Origin: a virus
Lineage: Duplodnaviria; Caudoviricetes
Strand: one strand, 5' to 3'
Length of the DNA stretch: 64,000 bases
IMG/VR virus record: IMGVR_UViG_3300025127_000001
Location: 562 to 64,561 of that record
The notes beneath the pieces were generated by a model. The model was not told the origin of the DNA and did not search any database. It saw nothing but the letters and a program-made list of their open reading frames with translations. Below, one piece after another: positions 40,583 to 49,087 of this stretch. The stretch's first letter is position 1. Each line of letters begins with the position of its first letter. Position numbers and translations under genes: made by a program.

Positions 40583-41090
40583 TTAGAGTTTTTAATTCTT
40601 GTTCTTGCTTTGATGTAAGTTTATACTTTTTCTTAATAGCATCAACTGTACCACCAGCTTTAACATAAGCTTTTGCTTTGTTAAATGTAGTATTGTCTAC
40701 ACCGTGAGTATTTGTTGCATCACTATCTTGAGTGTCATCAATTAAGAACAAATTACCTAACGCATATTTCTTACCATAACTCGATGCAGCTCCAAACCTT
40801 TGAGGCATTTGCATACCTTTCTGATCAAGGTCAACACCAACTAATGCTGTAGCATTTATTGTTTGTTTACCATCAGATATAGTAGCTGTAGTCTCTATGA
40901 TAGGGAATGGATTTGTTTCAAGTAGTTGTTCACCAATTGTAACATATACATCCAACTCCTTTTCAAAGGGTTTAATAGCTTCGAGAATGTCTTCGGCACT
41001 GCGAAAGTAATATTTGCCGAAAGAGTTAAACCTACTTTTTTTCGATTTAAACTTTGTCTGAATTGTAGTTAATTTTTCGTTTAAAGTCAT
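40575..41090 (-). CDS. ERF-family single-strand annealing protein
   Basis: K...NSFGKY.FRS.EDIL, Q..GAASSYGKKYAL.NLF.ID...D.D. Confidence 0.85.
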   Translation of the reverse strand: MTLNEKLTTIQTKFKSKKSRFNSFGKYYFRSAEDILEAIKPFEKELDVYVTIGEQLLETNPFPIIETTATISDGKQTINATALVGVDLDQKGMQMPQRFGAASSYGKKYALGNLFLIDDTQDSDATNTHGVDNTTFNKAKAYVKAGGTVDAIKKKYKLTSKQEQELKTLNG

Positions 41091-41115
41091 TTGGTATATT
41101 GGTTTTTCTTATTAA

Positions 41116-41146
41116 TATAATTACACATAATTTTTATGTTTTACAA
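41116..41146 (-). promoter_or_regulatory. Putative class II promoter TTGTAAA-N14-TGTAATTATA
   Basis: Matches the element at 50454-50484 in sequence and spacing; upstream of the ERF operon. Confidence 0.55.
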
Positions 41147-41153
41147 ACCTAAC

Positions 41154-41909
41154 TTACAGATAGTCAAGCACTTGCGAGTGATCAACTTCTTCAATAAGTT
41201 TGTCAACAGCTTGTTTTTTTATCTCTGAAACACGCACATAATCACTAACGCCGTTGATGTTTAGTTTTGCAGCAATTTGTTTTGCTGTGTGCTTATCACA
41301 GTCTAAACCATATGATAATCTTAATACCTCATATTGTTGCTCTGTTAAATGCTTTCTAAGTAAACCTTGTAGGTAAACATTTAGTAATTGAACATTATAA
41401 GGTTCTGATTTATCAGGTAACTGTTGTACCATAGATTCACCTTCATCATTTAAAGGTTGAGCATCTATAGATAAAAATATAGAATTAAAAAACATTTCAA
41501 CCATTTTTTTATCTTTAGGGTTTTTACGTATTTCATTCATCTTGTGCTCTGGTATACGCATCGTACCTCTATGTCTATCAATACGTCTTCGTATAGCTCC
41601 TTTAATACGTTTACTAAAAAATGATTTAAGAGTTTTTTCAATATCATCAGAGTCGATTAACATATCCCACTCTAATTTATCTACTGCTCTTGTTAAAGCT
41701 TCATTGCCTATTTGTATAAGATCGTTTATACTTAATATACCTGAAGCTTGGTCTCCGGTTGAAAATTTTCTAGCTAAGTTTTCTACCAATGGCATAAACT
41801 TAACTATCATTTCATCACGGGTATAATAATCATAGAATTTATCTTTAGGCATAGATCTTTTTAAATCTTCTTTGTACCTAATATAATTCTGTACGTTATA
41901 TTTCCTCAT
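41154..41909 (-). CDS. Phage sigma-70-family factor
   Basis: Region 2 (LVENLARKF..DLIQIGN.AL.RAVDK), R..RIP, SID, region 4 (L...VL.L.YGL...T.KQIA..L...RVSEIKKQA). Confidence 0.9.
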   Translation of the reverse strand: MRKYNVQNYIRYKEDLKRSMPKDKFYDYYTRDEMIVKFMPLVENLARKFSTGDQASGILSINDLIQIGNEALTRAVDKLEWDMLIDSDDIEKTLKSFFSKRIKGAIRRRIDRHRGTMRIPEHKMNEIRKNPKDKKMVEMFFNSIFLSIDAQPLNDEGESMVQQLPDKSEPYNVQLLNVYLQGLLRKHLTEQQYEVLRLSYGLDCDKHTAKQIAAKLNINGVSDYVRVSEIKKQAVDKLIEEVDHSQVLDYL

Positions 41910-42525
41910 TCATTTCTTGTTTTGCGCGTTTTAAATCATCACACATGTGACGATATACTGTTCTTTGTGATACACCTAAAACTTCTGCTAACCATCGTAC
42001 TGTTATCTTACGATGCTCTGATATGTCAATCATAGCTTGGTATATCGTTTCTTTACAAATACTAGATCTACCAATTAACTTACCAACAATACTAAGCTTT
42101 TCACTCAGTGTTAGCATGTTGTAAGGTTTAAATATTACCTTACGCTTTTTGTTTTTAGGTGGATCACCACCTGTCATTAATACATCACCAATCATATCTT
42201 CTAAAGCTTTATTGCTTATAAAGAAAGTTACAAAACCGTTATCTTTATTTGCTATAAATTTAAATATATATCTCATGTCATCTTCAAACGACACTTCATC
42301 ACCATCAATACCTTCTTGATTTAAATAATATAACACTAGCATGTGCCACTTTAATGATTTGTATGTAGTTATTTTAGCTTTTGTATTAAACAGATGATAA
42401 CATGCGTAAGTACCGTTTTCATAATACTTGTATTGCTTGGTTTCAATAGTAGGTATATCATCACCATCGTGACGATATATAACTCGCCTATTGTTTAACC
42501 ATTTCATATTTCTGTTTTGTGACAT
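41896..42525 (-). CDS. DNA-binding protein with C-terminal HTH (possible replication initiator/regulator)
   Basis: ITVRWLAEVLGVSQRTVYRHM helix-turn-helix. Confidence 0.65.
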   Translation of the reverse strand: MSQNRNMKWLNNRRVIYRHDGDDIPTIETKQYKYYENGTYACYHLFNTKAKITTYKSLKWHMLVLYYLNQEGIDGDEVSFEDDMRYIFKFIANKDNGFVTFFISNKALEDMIGDVLMTGGDPPKNKKRKVIFKPYNMLTLSEKLSIVGKLIGRSSICKETIYQAMIDISEHRKITVRWLAEVLGVSQRTVYRHMCDDLKRAKQEMNEEI

Positions 42526-42562
42526 TAGCCTATTACTAATTATATTATTAAGGCATTTGTCA
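42520..42562. promoter_or_regulatory. 43-bp dyad TGACA-N33-TGTCA, copy 1 (overlaps HTH gene start)
   Basis: TGACATTAGCCT...AGGCATTTGTCA; same length as copy at 50405. Confidence 0.6.
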
Positions 42563-42743
42563 TGCCCTCGATTATCATTAATCTTCTGTTATACTTTTTT
42601 ATTAACACTGCTTTGTTTGACGCATCAATACCATTTATGGTATCTGATACTATCTCATTATGCAGTTCGTTTATGTGAAGCCTTAGAAACTCTACGTGTT
42701 GTGCCTTTCTTTTTCGCTTCTTTAATTTTATTAGCAATTCCAT
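42540..42743 (-). CDS. Hypothetical protein
   Basis: 67-aa ORF. Confidence 0.5.
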   Translation of the reverse strand: MELLIKLKKRKRKAQHVEFLRLHINELHNEIVSDTINGIDASNKAVLIKKYNRRLMIIEGMTNALII

Positions 42744-42754
42744 AAAAGTTTGTT

Positions 42755-43258
42755 TTAATTAAGTGCTGTGCTTGTTTTCTGCTCATATAATATATCTCTT
42801 GTTATTAATTTTTCTTTTTGATTTGCAACGGAATACTTTTCACCTTCATAGTAATTCCAATATGCAGTTATACTGCAACCCGGTACTTTGTACTGATCTG
42901 GCATACACTGTGGTGGTTCTGTAAAAATTACAGACTCAATACCATCAGGGCAAAAACTTAATGGCCATCTACACTTGTCTATGGTCATATGTATTTTACC
43001 GTACCTTTTGGTGTACTCTTTGCCAAGCGCAATCATGTGTTCGTATAACCAATAGTAATTTGGTCTACTTGATCTGGTCCATATGGTTGACGGGTGATTA
43101 AGGTGTGCCTGTTTATAAGGTACATCGTCTGGATTACCATATACATGATGCGCAGTACAAAGCATTTGGGCTGATTCTAAGATCATCTTTACAACATGCT
43201 TATCATATTGTATCTGTGCAGCTTTAACTGGGTCTCTATGTAAATAAAATATATTCAC
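42755..43258 (-). CDS. Pyrimidine-dimer DNA glycosylase (DenV-like) family protein
   Basis: MNIF.L..DP...A....DKHVVKMILESAQML, H.NHP...W, PPQCMP. Confidence 0.75.
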   Translation of the reverse strand: MNIFYLHRDPVKAAQIQYDKHVVKMILESAQMLCTAHHVYGNPDDVPYKQAHLNHPSTIWTRSSRPNYYWLYEHMIALGKEYTKRYGKIHMTIDKCRWPLSFCPDGIESVIFTEPPQCMPDQYKVPGCSITAYWNYYEGEKYSVANQKEKLITRDILYEQKTSTALN

Positions 43259-43476
43259 AGTCCTGATTTTTTTAGAAAGTATTTATATACTTCCGGTATA
43301 TGTTTTTTGTAATAAGGTTGTTCTTGTGCAACCCAACGTTTAAGACTTTGCTTATCCATAAACGGTGCACACATATCAAATACAGGTTCTATATCATCAA
43401 TGAAGTCACCGACTGTCCAACCTTCCCATATGTGTTTATCTTTATCTACCATATCTTTTGTGATTAAGTCGTTCAT
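43255..43476 (-). CDS. Hypothetical protein
   Basis: 73-aa ORF. Confidence 0.55.
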   Translation of the reverse strand: MNDLITKDMVDKDKHIWEGWTVGDFIDDIEPVFDMCAPFMDKQSLKRWVAQEQPYYKKHIPEVYKYFLKKSGL

Positions 43477-43555
43477 AAAGTTTGTCTAATAATATCATAG
43501 CCACCTCGTGACTTATCATATTGTCGTTATATAGTTTCCATATTAATTTACTCAT
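43442..43555 (-). CDS. Small hypothetical protein (start at MSKLIW)
   Basis: Internal ATG overlapping the ligase 3' end. Confidence 0.4.
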   Translation of the reverse strand: MSKLIWKLYNDNMISHEVAMILLDKLYERLNHKRYGR

Positions 43556-44381
43556 AATTGCGTAAACATTTAAACAGCGGGTGCCTATAGCTACCAGCTT
43601 GAGTTCGTTGAAAATAGGTAAAGGTTGCACGCTTGCCAATATAAGATTGAACATCTTTGAGCATTTTAGCCAAATCCTTGTAGGAATAGCCTTTACCCGG
43701 CGGACAACCGAACTCTACACCTTCGTCATCTAGCATAATGAACTTGCCAAGTGTGCCTGTCCTTTTGCCTTTACCTAATTCATAACCTATGATTGTTGCT
43801 TCGGTATCGCTAAAGTCTTTGAATTTCATTAGATCGTAAGACCTACCGTGTTTGTATATACCACTTCCTGTGCGTATAATAGAACCTTCGTAGCCCTCAC
43901 TAAGATATGTCGCGTGAAGATCCCTAGCATAATTGTAACTATCAACTAGCTTAGCAGGTACGTATTTAACTTGTACGTCATAAATATCTGACACAACAAG
44001 ATTTTGCATACGAGTTTTGTAGTCATCATAATTACCATCAATGTAGTCATACACATGAAACTGTACTAGATGCTGGGCGTCAAGCCTGTCATCTTCGGTA
44101 GGTTTTTGCTTACGAACTAATGATATAATCTTTTCAAAGTCACGCTTTAGCTTGTGATTATAAAGCTCGCCATCGAGCACCATGTGTGGACTAGTATTAA
44201 ATAATGGTTGTAAAGCCATTTCAATATGCCTTACATTCATAAATTGTTTGCCGCTACGTGAGAACGCACCGTCTTTAGTAAACACACATCTGACACCGTC
44301 TAGCTTTGGTTGTATGTACACAGGTTCACTGAAGTCAACACGTGACTCATCGAACTTGTGCGCTAGCATAGGTTTTATCAT
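43548..44381 (-). CDS. ATP-dependent DNA ligase
   Basis: PMLA, KLDGVR, LDGELY, YEG, R...LMKFK, RHP. Confidence 0.93.
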   Translation of the reverse strand: MIKPMLAHKFDESRVDFSEPVYIQPKLDGVRCVFTKDGAFSRSGKQFMNVRHIEMALQPLFNTSPHMVLDGELYNHKLKRDFEKIISLVRKQKPTEDDRLDAQHLVQFHVYDYIDGNYDDYKTRMQNLVVSDIYDVQVKYVPAKLVDSYNYARDLHATYLSEGYEGSIIRTGSGIYKHGRSYDLMKFKDFSDTEATIIGYELGKGKRTGTLGKFIMLDDEGVEFGCPPGKGYSYKDLAKMLKDVQSYIGKRATFTYFQRTQAGSYRHPLFKCLRNYE

Positions 44382-44644
44382 AAGTTTTTTAATTTATTTT
44401 CTATATTTCTAATTCTGTTTTTAATGATAGCACATTTTTCATATTCTTGTCTATCCTCTAGCATATTTAACTGTGTTTGTAGACGCGCTAGTTCGCCTAC
44501 TAGTATTTCTTCTTGATCTGTTGTAAAGTTTAATGGGTATATGTCACCGTATTTTTTGATTATACGAGTAAAAACCAGCTCAGAAAGCTGGTCTATATAG
44601 TCATCAAATTTACTTAGGTCATACATATTATTGTTATCCAACAT
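44378..44644 (-). CDS. Hypothetical protein with UVR-like C-terminal motif
   Basis: 'EYEKCAIIKNRI'. Confidence 0.5.
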   Translation of the reverse strand: MLDNNNMYDLSKFDDYIDQLSELVFTRIIKKYGDIYPLNFTTDQEEILVGELARLQTQLNMLEDRQEYEKCAIIKNRIRNIENKLKNL

Positions 44645-44662
44645 AAGTCGTATTTAGTTTGT
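44633..44662 (-). promoter_or_regulatory. Class I early promoter-like repeat (variant)
   Basis: ACAAA-CTAA-ATACG-ACTTATGT-TGGATAAC. Confidence 0.6.
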
Positions 44663-45196
44663 AAGTATATCAATAATCTTTTGAGCATTAACTCGTAGAC
44701 CGTTATAGTCTTTTAAGCTAAGATCAACTTTACTTGACTCAATATTTTCATAATATCTAGTTTCACTGTTAGCAAAATCAGTATAATCCATAGGATCTTT
44801 ATCGTTCATGTATCTTGATATTACTTTTTCTGGTTTTAGCACAAAAACATTGCTGCTACTATAGTTATCCCAACAGCTAATCCATCTATCTTTTTTACCC
44901 GACCATATAATATAAGTATACTGATGGTCAATATGCATTGGATCAGCGTATAGATAGCAACTGTCATAGTACATATCATGCACTAATTTAGCAGCTAATC
45001 TGCTGCCATCTTGACTAGGGTTAGCATGTAACCAATTAGCTATTTGCACAGCTTGCCATTCAGGATAACCATCGTGATGTAAGTACATATTTACATAGCT
45101 TTTGTCACTAAATACACTAGGATAATCTGCAAAACCAAGCTCTGAGTTCTCAGCATGCTTTCGATCTACAACCATTGTTAAGTTTCTAGTCGCCAT
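44654..45196 (-). CDS. Hypothetical protein (HHDGYP motif)
   Basis: MATR...YLHHDGYP, a common phage early-gene motif. Confidence 0.6.
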   Translation of the reverse strand: MATRNLTMVVDRKHAENSELGFADYPSVFSDKSYVNMYLHHDGYPEWQAVQIANWLHANPSQDGSRLAAKLVHDMYYDSCYLYADPMHIDHQYTYIIWSGKKDRWISCWDNYSSSNVFVLKPEKVISRYMNDKDPMDYTDFANSETRYYENIESSKVDLSLKDYNGLRVNAQKIIDILTN

Positions 45197-45401
45197 TTTC
45201 TTTATCGTATTCTGTTAATATATCGTTTATTTGATCTTCAAAGTTTACTATTTCTTTAGCCAAACTTACAAAGTCTCTTAGTGCGTTAGCCTCGTACTGA
45301 CTAAGCTCATCAGCCGATACTTCACCATATTCTATTGCATTTAAGCAATCTTCAATATCTCTTGTAGTGTTTTCAAACCTACAATAGCTCATATTTGCCA
45401 T
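45186..45401 (-). CDS. Hypothetical protein
   Basis: M.NMSYCRFENT..D motif. Confidence 0.6.
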   Translation of the reverse strand: MANMSYCRFENTTRDIEDCLNAIEYGEVSADELSQYEANALRDFVSLAKEIVNFEDQINDILTEYDKENGD

Positions 45402-45421
45402 AATTATTAATTTAAAGTTAG

Positions 45422-45495
45422 TTGCGGGAGTAGGATTCGAACCTACGACCTCAAGGTTATGAGCCTTGCGAGCTGACCAACTGCTCTATCCCGCT
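45422..45495 (-). tRNA. tRNA-Met(CAT), initiator-like, no encoded CCA
   Basis: AGCGGGA TA GAGC AGTTGGTCA GCTC G CAAGG CTCATAA CCTTG AGGTC GTAGG TTCGAAT CCTAC TCCCGCA A; 1:72 mismatch, A11:U24. Confidence 0.92.
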
Positions 45496-45499
45496 ATTT

Positions 45500-45760
45500 T
45501 TAGTCTAGCAAAGTCATATATGCTTTTGGGTTTGCTGATCTAAACCAGTCAAGACCTTTACGAGTAATATCGTAGTGTCCAGTCATTTGACTACCCATTA
45601 TTAAGTCATACATTGCAACTTCGTTAGGTGACAATAGGGCTTTATCGCCAGTAAAAGGGTTTTCTACTGTTTCCCATTGTGTATATACCGCACCGTCATA
45701 CCATTTTGGTAATGGTTTTTGTCCTGTATCATTAGTCTTCGTACTCATAGCCTTCGTCAA
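45500..45760 (-). CDS. Hypothetical protein
   Basis: Early ORF ending KAYMTLLD. Confidence 0.6.
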   Translation of the reverse strand: MTKAMSTKTNDTGQKPLPKWYDGAVYTQWETVENPFTGDKALLSPNEVAMYDLIMGSQMTGHYDITRKGLDWFRSANPKAYMTLLD

Positions 45761-46175
45761 TTAATTCGTTTTCAACTTCTTTTTTAATATCACCAAAGTA
45801 TTCTTCGTAAACTTCATCAACCACTTCTTGAAAAGCATAGTCTTCTGATTCAAGATCTGTGTAGTATATGCTACAACCATCATACATACAGTTAGGCATT
45901 TTTTCAAGCCAATCGCTGTCATAGTAGTATATATCTTCATTTAATGATGGATTTCTGTCGTTATCTGTAGCAACCCATATTTCATAACCATCAGCTGTTG
46001 TTTCTGTATAGAACATAAAGTCTGGGTTTTTCCAGTCTTCTGATATAGAAAATTCATAATGGTCTTTAATACTTTGAAGTTTGTAGTCAAAATCTACATC
46101 TTCAGGTGCTAAACACCCGTAATCTTCTGACATTTTTGCCAAGATTAGATCGTCTGTTAATAGTTTTTTGCTCAT
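45732..46175 (-). CDS. Highly acidic hypothetical protein
   Basis: D/E/Y-rich, 147 aa. Confidence 0.6.
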   Translation of the reverse strand: MSKKLLTDDLILAKMSEDYGCLAPEDVDFDYKLQSIKDHYEFSISEDWKNPDFMFYTETTADGYEIWVATDNDRNPSLNEDIYYYDSDWLEKMPNCMYDGCSIYYTDLESEDYAFQEVVDEVYEEYFGDIKKEVENELIDEGYEYED

Positions 46176-46405
46176 TTTGAAATTATATTATAGCCAAACA
46201 GATAACTGTGAGGGCTTAGTTCTGAATTATTTAAGTTAGAGTATGTGATTATGTCTGATAAATCTTGTACAGTCAAGTCTGACCACATAGTTTTAGACAT
46301 AAGATTATACTTTAATCTTTTAGCTGTGCTGTATTTTTTAGCACTGTCTTGCAATGAAGTTTTTACATTTGGTAAAAGCTCATCATAAATAGTTTTAATT
46401 GCCAT
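46172..46405 (-). CDS. Hypothetical protein
   Basis: Directly downstream of promoter repeat. Confidence 0.6.
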   Translation of the reverse strand: MAIKTIYDELLPNVKTSLQDSAKKYSTAKRLKYNLMSKTMWSDLTVQDLSDIITYSNLNNSELSPHSYLFGYNIISK

Positions 46406-46417
46406 AGTTTTTATTTT

Positions 46418-46447
46418 ATTATCGATTTTTATTTGTATTAGATTTGT
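46418..46447 (-). promoter_or_regulatory. Class I early promoter-like repeat
   Basis: ACAAA-TCTA-ATACA-AATAAAAA-TCGATAAT. Confidence 0.75.
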
Positions 46448-46814
46448 AATTTCTTAAGTAATATTCAACAATAAATACTAGTCTAGTCATTTCTTCGTAT
46501 ATAAGAGTTCTAGCCCAAGCAGTACCTTTTCTTACATAAGTTTCACCTGTGTCTCTATCTAACCACATCCATCTGTCTTCTCTTTGATACTTAGGATTTA
46601 GTTGATAAATTCTGTCACTGCTATTACATCTACGAACGTAACCGCTTGAATATGAGCCAAGTAGCTCACCACCGGGACAAAGAAATATTCTTGTACCGTT
46701 TTTAGCTTGTCTTTGAGTCGTGACCTCTTTGAGACCATACTCAACAAGCATTCTTCTAGCATATGTATCACATAACATCTGCCGTTCTTGTTGCCAAGTG
46801 TAAGTGTTTTGCAT
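46419..46814 (-). CDS. Hypothetical protein
   Basis: 131-aa ORF. Confidence 0.6.
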   Translation of the reverse strand: MQNTYTWQQERQMLCDTYARRMLVEYGLKEVTTQRQAKNGTRIFLCPGGELLGSYSSGYVRRCNSSDRIYQLNPKYQREDRWMWLDRDTGETYVRKGTAWARTLIYEEMTRLVFIVEYYLRNYKSNTNKNR

Positions 46815-46836
46815 TGTTTATTTATTTTAAGATTAG

Positions 46837-46916
46837 TGGACGTGGCAGGATTCGAACCTGCGTTTGCTACTGGATGTCTCATAGAGATCACAGCTTGCAC
46901 TAACCATTTCACGCCC
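46837..46916 (-). ncRNA. tRNA-like RNA A: Ala-type acceptor, no D stem, no anticodon loop (resembles tmRNA tRNA-like domain)
   Basis: GGGCGTG/CACGTCC-A acceptor with G3:U70; T arm GCAGG-TTCGAAT-CCTGC; central 35-nt irregular hairpin. Confidence 0.7.
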
Positions 46917-46920
46917 TTAT

Positions 46921-47085
46921 GAGAGGCACCAGTCTCGGACCGGTACTAACTAGTATTATGCTTTATCCGAGCTTTTGACCAGTATGCCGCCGCCTCTCTG
47001 CCACAACGCCGGTCTGCCGACATCTTCCGCTAAGAAGCATTTCTTATTGTGGCTATTATGTAGTCTGCCGCTAACAGCAGCACCT
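46921..47085 (-). ncRNA. Unassigned structured RNA
   Basis: GC-rich non-coding tract with helices CTGCTG/CGGCAG, GCCACAAT/GTTGTGGC, GAGAGGC/GCCTCTC, CTCGGA/TCCGAG. Confidence 0.5.
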
Positions 47086-47090
47086 TCCAA

Positions 47091-47279
47091 CTACTTACGC
47101 CGCCAAGCACGGTGAACAGATGCGCTCACCTCTTGACTGACGATTTGTATTGTATTGCCTGTTTTGTGCTCTATGATTGGAACGTATGAGTAAGTTTGCG
47201 TGGTTGAACAGTCAACACACGTCTTGTAACCTAAATCTAAACGCACTGGGTGCACAGTTTTTCCGCATCTACAATACAT
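47091..47279 (-). CDS. Small zinc-finger protein
   Basis: C.CG......RL.LGY.TCV.C, resembling DksA/TraR C4 fingers. Confidence 0.6.
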   Translation of the reverse strand: MYCRCGKTVHPVRLDLGYKTCVDCSTTQTYSYVPIIEHKTGNTIQIVSQEVSASVHRAWRRK

Positions 47280-47294
47280 AGTTTGTTTTATTTT

Positions 47295-47324
47295 ATTATC
47301 GATTAGTGTTCGTATTATTTTTGT
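47295..47324 (-). promoter_or_regulatory. Class I early promoter-like repeat
   Basis: ACAAA-AATA-ATACG-AACACTAA-TCGATAAT. Confidence 0.75.
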
Positions 47325-47500
47325 ATCAACTTGTTTATTGCTACATTAATAATATAAGCACAAGCTTCAGTGTATTCATCACCTTCTAACTCGCTTACAA
47401 TAGTTCCATCAACCACCCAGTCAATAGAATCTTCAATTAATTCATGTAAGTGATCCGCCATAGCGTCTGCTATCGAATCAAGTTCTTTCATTTTACTCAT
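47315..47500 (-). CDS. Acidic hypothetical protein
   Basis: 61-aa ORF. Confidence 0.55.
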   Translation of the reverse strand: MSKMKELDSIADAMADHLHELIEDSIDWVVDGTIVSELEGDEYTEACAYIINVAINKLIQK

Positions 47501-47726
47501 TTTCTTTATTTTTTATTACTCTTGCTATAATTTCCATTGTCCAAGTACCATCTTCTTGTATACCTACAACTTCAAGATTGCCTTGTTTTAATACTTTATT
47601 TATTAATTCTGGACCTAAGTTTGACCTCATAGGTATTGATACTATCTCACACTCGTCAGTTATTGGTCCTCCTTTTAAGTCTTCTGGCCATCTCCAAAAG
47701 CTAAAATTTCTTGTTGGTGTTCCCAT
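47493..47726 (-). CDS. Hypothetical protein
   Basis: 77-aa ORF. Confidence 0.55.
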   Translation of the reverse strand: MGTPTRNFSFWRWPEDLKGGPITDECEIVSIPMRSNLGPELINKVLKQGNLEVVGIQEDGTWTMEIIARVIKNKENE

Positions 47727-47890
47727 TATTTAAATTTATTTGCTACTTCACGTATTTCTTCTTTGTCGTCGCTGTCAAGCCCAGGTGTTTGCTGAGCGTA
47801 CATGCGCAGTACATAGTGTACAAAAGTACAATCGCCTTCAGTTAGTTTTATTGTTTTAAACTTAGTTTTTTTAAACCCGTTAGTTTCCAT
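47726..47890 (-). CDS. Small hypothetical protein (not in ORF track)
   Basis: 54 aa METNGFKKTKFKTIKLTEGDCTFVHYVLRMY...; fills the gap with coupled start/stop. Confidence 0.55.
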   Translation of the reverse strand: METNGFKKTKFKTIKLTEGDCTFVHYVLRMYAQQTPGLDSDDKEEIREVANKFK

Positions 47891-48170
47891 ATTCTATATT
47901 TGCTTCTGAAGTTACCATCCATTCACAGTCATTCACTTTATGACCTGCGCCATATAAAAACGCTTCACAAGATTCTGAGTCTGGATTCCATTTATTATTC
48001 TCATTACATAAAGAGCTAATGTCATATTTATACACTTTACCATCTGTAAAATCTAGTAAAAATATATATTTAGCTCTACTAATTTGTATTTCTTTCATAT
48101 ATTGCTCGGCATTTTCAGCAAGCTTACGCTCTTCTTCCATTTCATGCCATTTAGTAATTGTATCGCTCAT
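47880..48170 (-). CDS. Hypothetical protein
   Basis: 96-aa ORF. Confidence 0.55.
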   Translation of the reverse strand: MSDTITKWHEMEEERKLAENAEQYMKEIQISRAKYIFLLDFTDGKVYKYDISSLCNENNKWNPDSESCEAFLYGAGHKVNDCEWMVTSEANIEYGN

Positions 48171-48418
48171 GATTTAGCTATTAATTTTAGTTGTTCTACT
48201 GAATATTTTTTACTTGTCTGTTGCCACATGCGGTTGTGCGTGAACTTACGAGCTTTGCTATATGTCTTCTTACCGTCGACTTTGTATCGCATATACTCTT
48301 TATCAGTAAGTCCACTACACCTACCGTCGTGGGCGTGCTTACGTCTATGCTCCGCGGCACGCAGTTTCTTTTGCTGCTCAGCATAGTTTAGCAGCTCTCG
48401 CATATTAGTAACTACCAT
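48167..48418 (-). CDS. Basic hypothetical protein
   Basis: 83-aa ORF. Confidence 0.5.
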   Translation of the reverse strand: MVVTNMRELLNYAEQQKKLRAAEHRRKHAHDGRCSGLTDKEYMRYKVDGKKTYSKARKFTHNRMWQQTSKKYSVEQLKLIAKS

Positions 48419-48606
48419 GGTAGGTCAGATTTTTCAATAAAGGTTAGACCTTTGTAGTTAAACCATTGATATTTACCTTGTTTGTCGCCATTGTCTTTGA
48501 AGCCAAATGATGGCGGTAGATCGGCTATCTTGTAGCCTTTGTACTCAACGCCTGCAAGATTTGCAAGTTGAGTGTCGTACTTTTTGTAGAATTTTATTGA
48601 TTGCAT
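48412..48606 (-). CDS. Hypothetical protein
   Basis: Downstream of promoter repeat. Confidence 0.55.
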   Translation of the reverse strand: MQSIKFYKKYDTQLANLAGVEYKGYKIADLPPSFGFKDNGDKQGKYQWFNYKGLTFIEKSDLPW

Positions 48607-48623
48607 AGTATTGATTTTATAGT

Positions 48624-48653
48624 ATTATCGATAGTGATTTGTATTTTGTTTGT
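48624..48653 (-). promoter_or_regulatory. Class I early promoter-like repeat
   Basis: ACAAA-CAAA-ATACA-AATCACTA-TCGATAAT. Confidence 0.75.
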
Positions 48654-48943
48654 TAATCACCTGTAAAATTATCCCACCTAGTCTTGCTGTCATAGTATGC
48701 TTGACAACCTGCGTCGTGGAGTCTTTGCATTTCTTTATGATGCTCTACATTGTCAAGATAGTCATCAATACGCTCATGCATCTCATCTTCAGTTATAGTG
48801 CCGAAGCTTACTACATTTACATGTTGTAGTAAAGTTTTACAGTTACAATTGAAGCCTTTTGCTTCTTTACCATTGTATGTAGTCCACTCTTGATACTCAT
48901 AAGGTGTATCTCTGTAAGTTATTATGTCACCTGGTTTATACAT
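48653..48943 (-). CDS. Hypothetical protein
   Basis: 96-aa ORF. Confidence 0.55.
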   Translation of the reverse strand: MYKPGDIITYRDTPYEYQEWTTYNGKEAKGFNCNCKTLLQHVNVVSFGTITEDEMHERIDDYLDNVEHHKEMQRLHDAGCQAYYDSKTRWDNFTGD

Positions 48944-49076
48944 TTTGATTAGATTTTTGATAGTTAGTAATTATTTTTTCAACATCTTCACGAGTTATCT
49001 CGCCTTTCCATTGTTTTAGTACGTAGCTAGACATATCTATTTGTTTACCGTTTTGACAAGTTAGTATAAATTGCAT
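48936..49076 (-). CDS. Small hypothetical protein (not in ORF track)
   Basis: 46 aa MQFILTCQNGKQIDMS... Confidence 0.5.
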   Translation of the reverse strand: MQFILTCQNGKQIDMSSYVLKQWKGEITREDVEKIITNYQKSNQNV

Positions 49077-49087
49077 AGTATTATATT

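Noticed and set aside
46598-46912. 104-aa ORF on - strand
   Set aside because: Overlaps tRNA-like RNA A and the 46419-46814 gene; likely spurious
46837-47090. Two-piece (permuted) tmRNA
   Set aside because: The 5' and 3' acceptor strands are in normal order within 80 nt, and no tag reading frame was found
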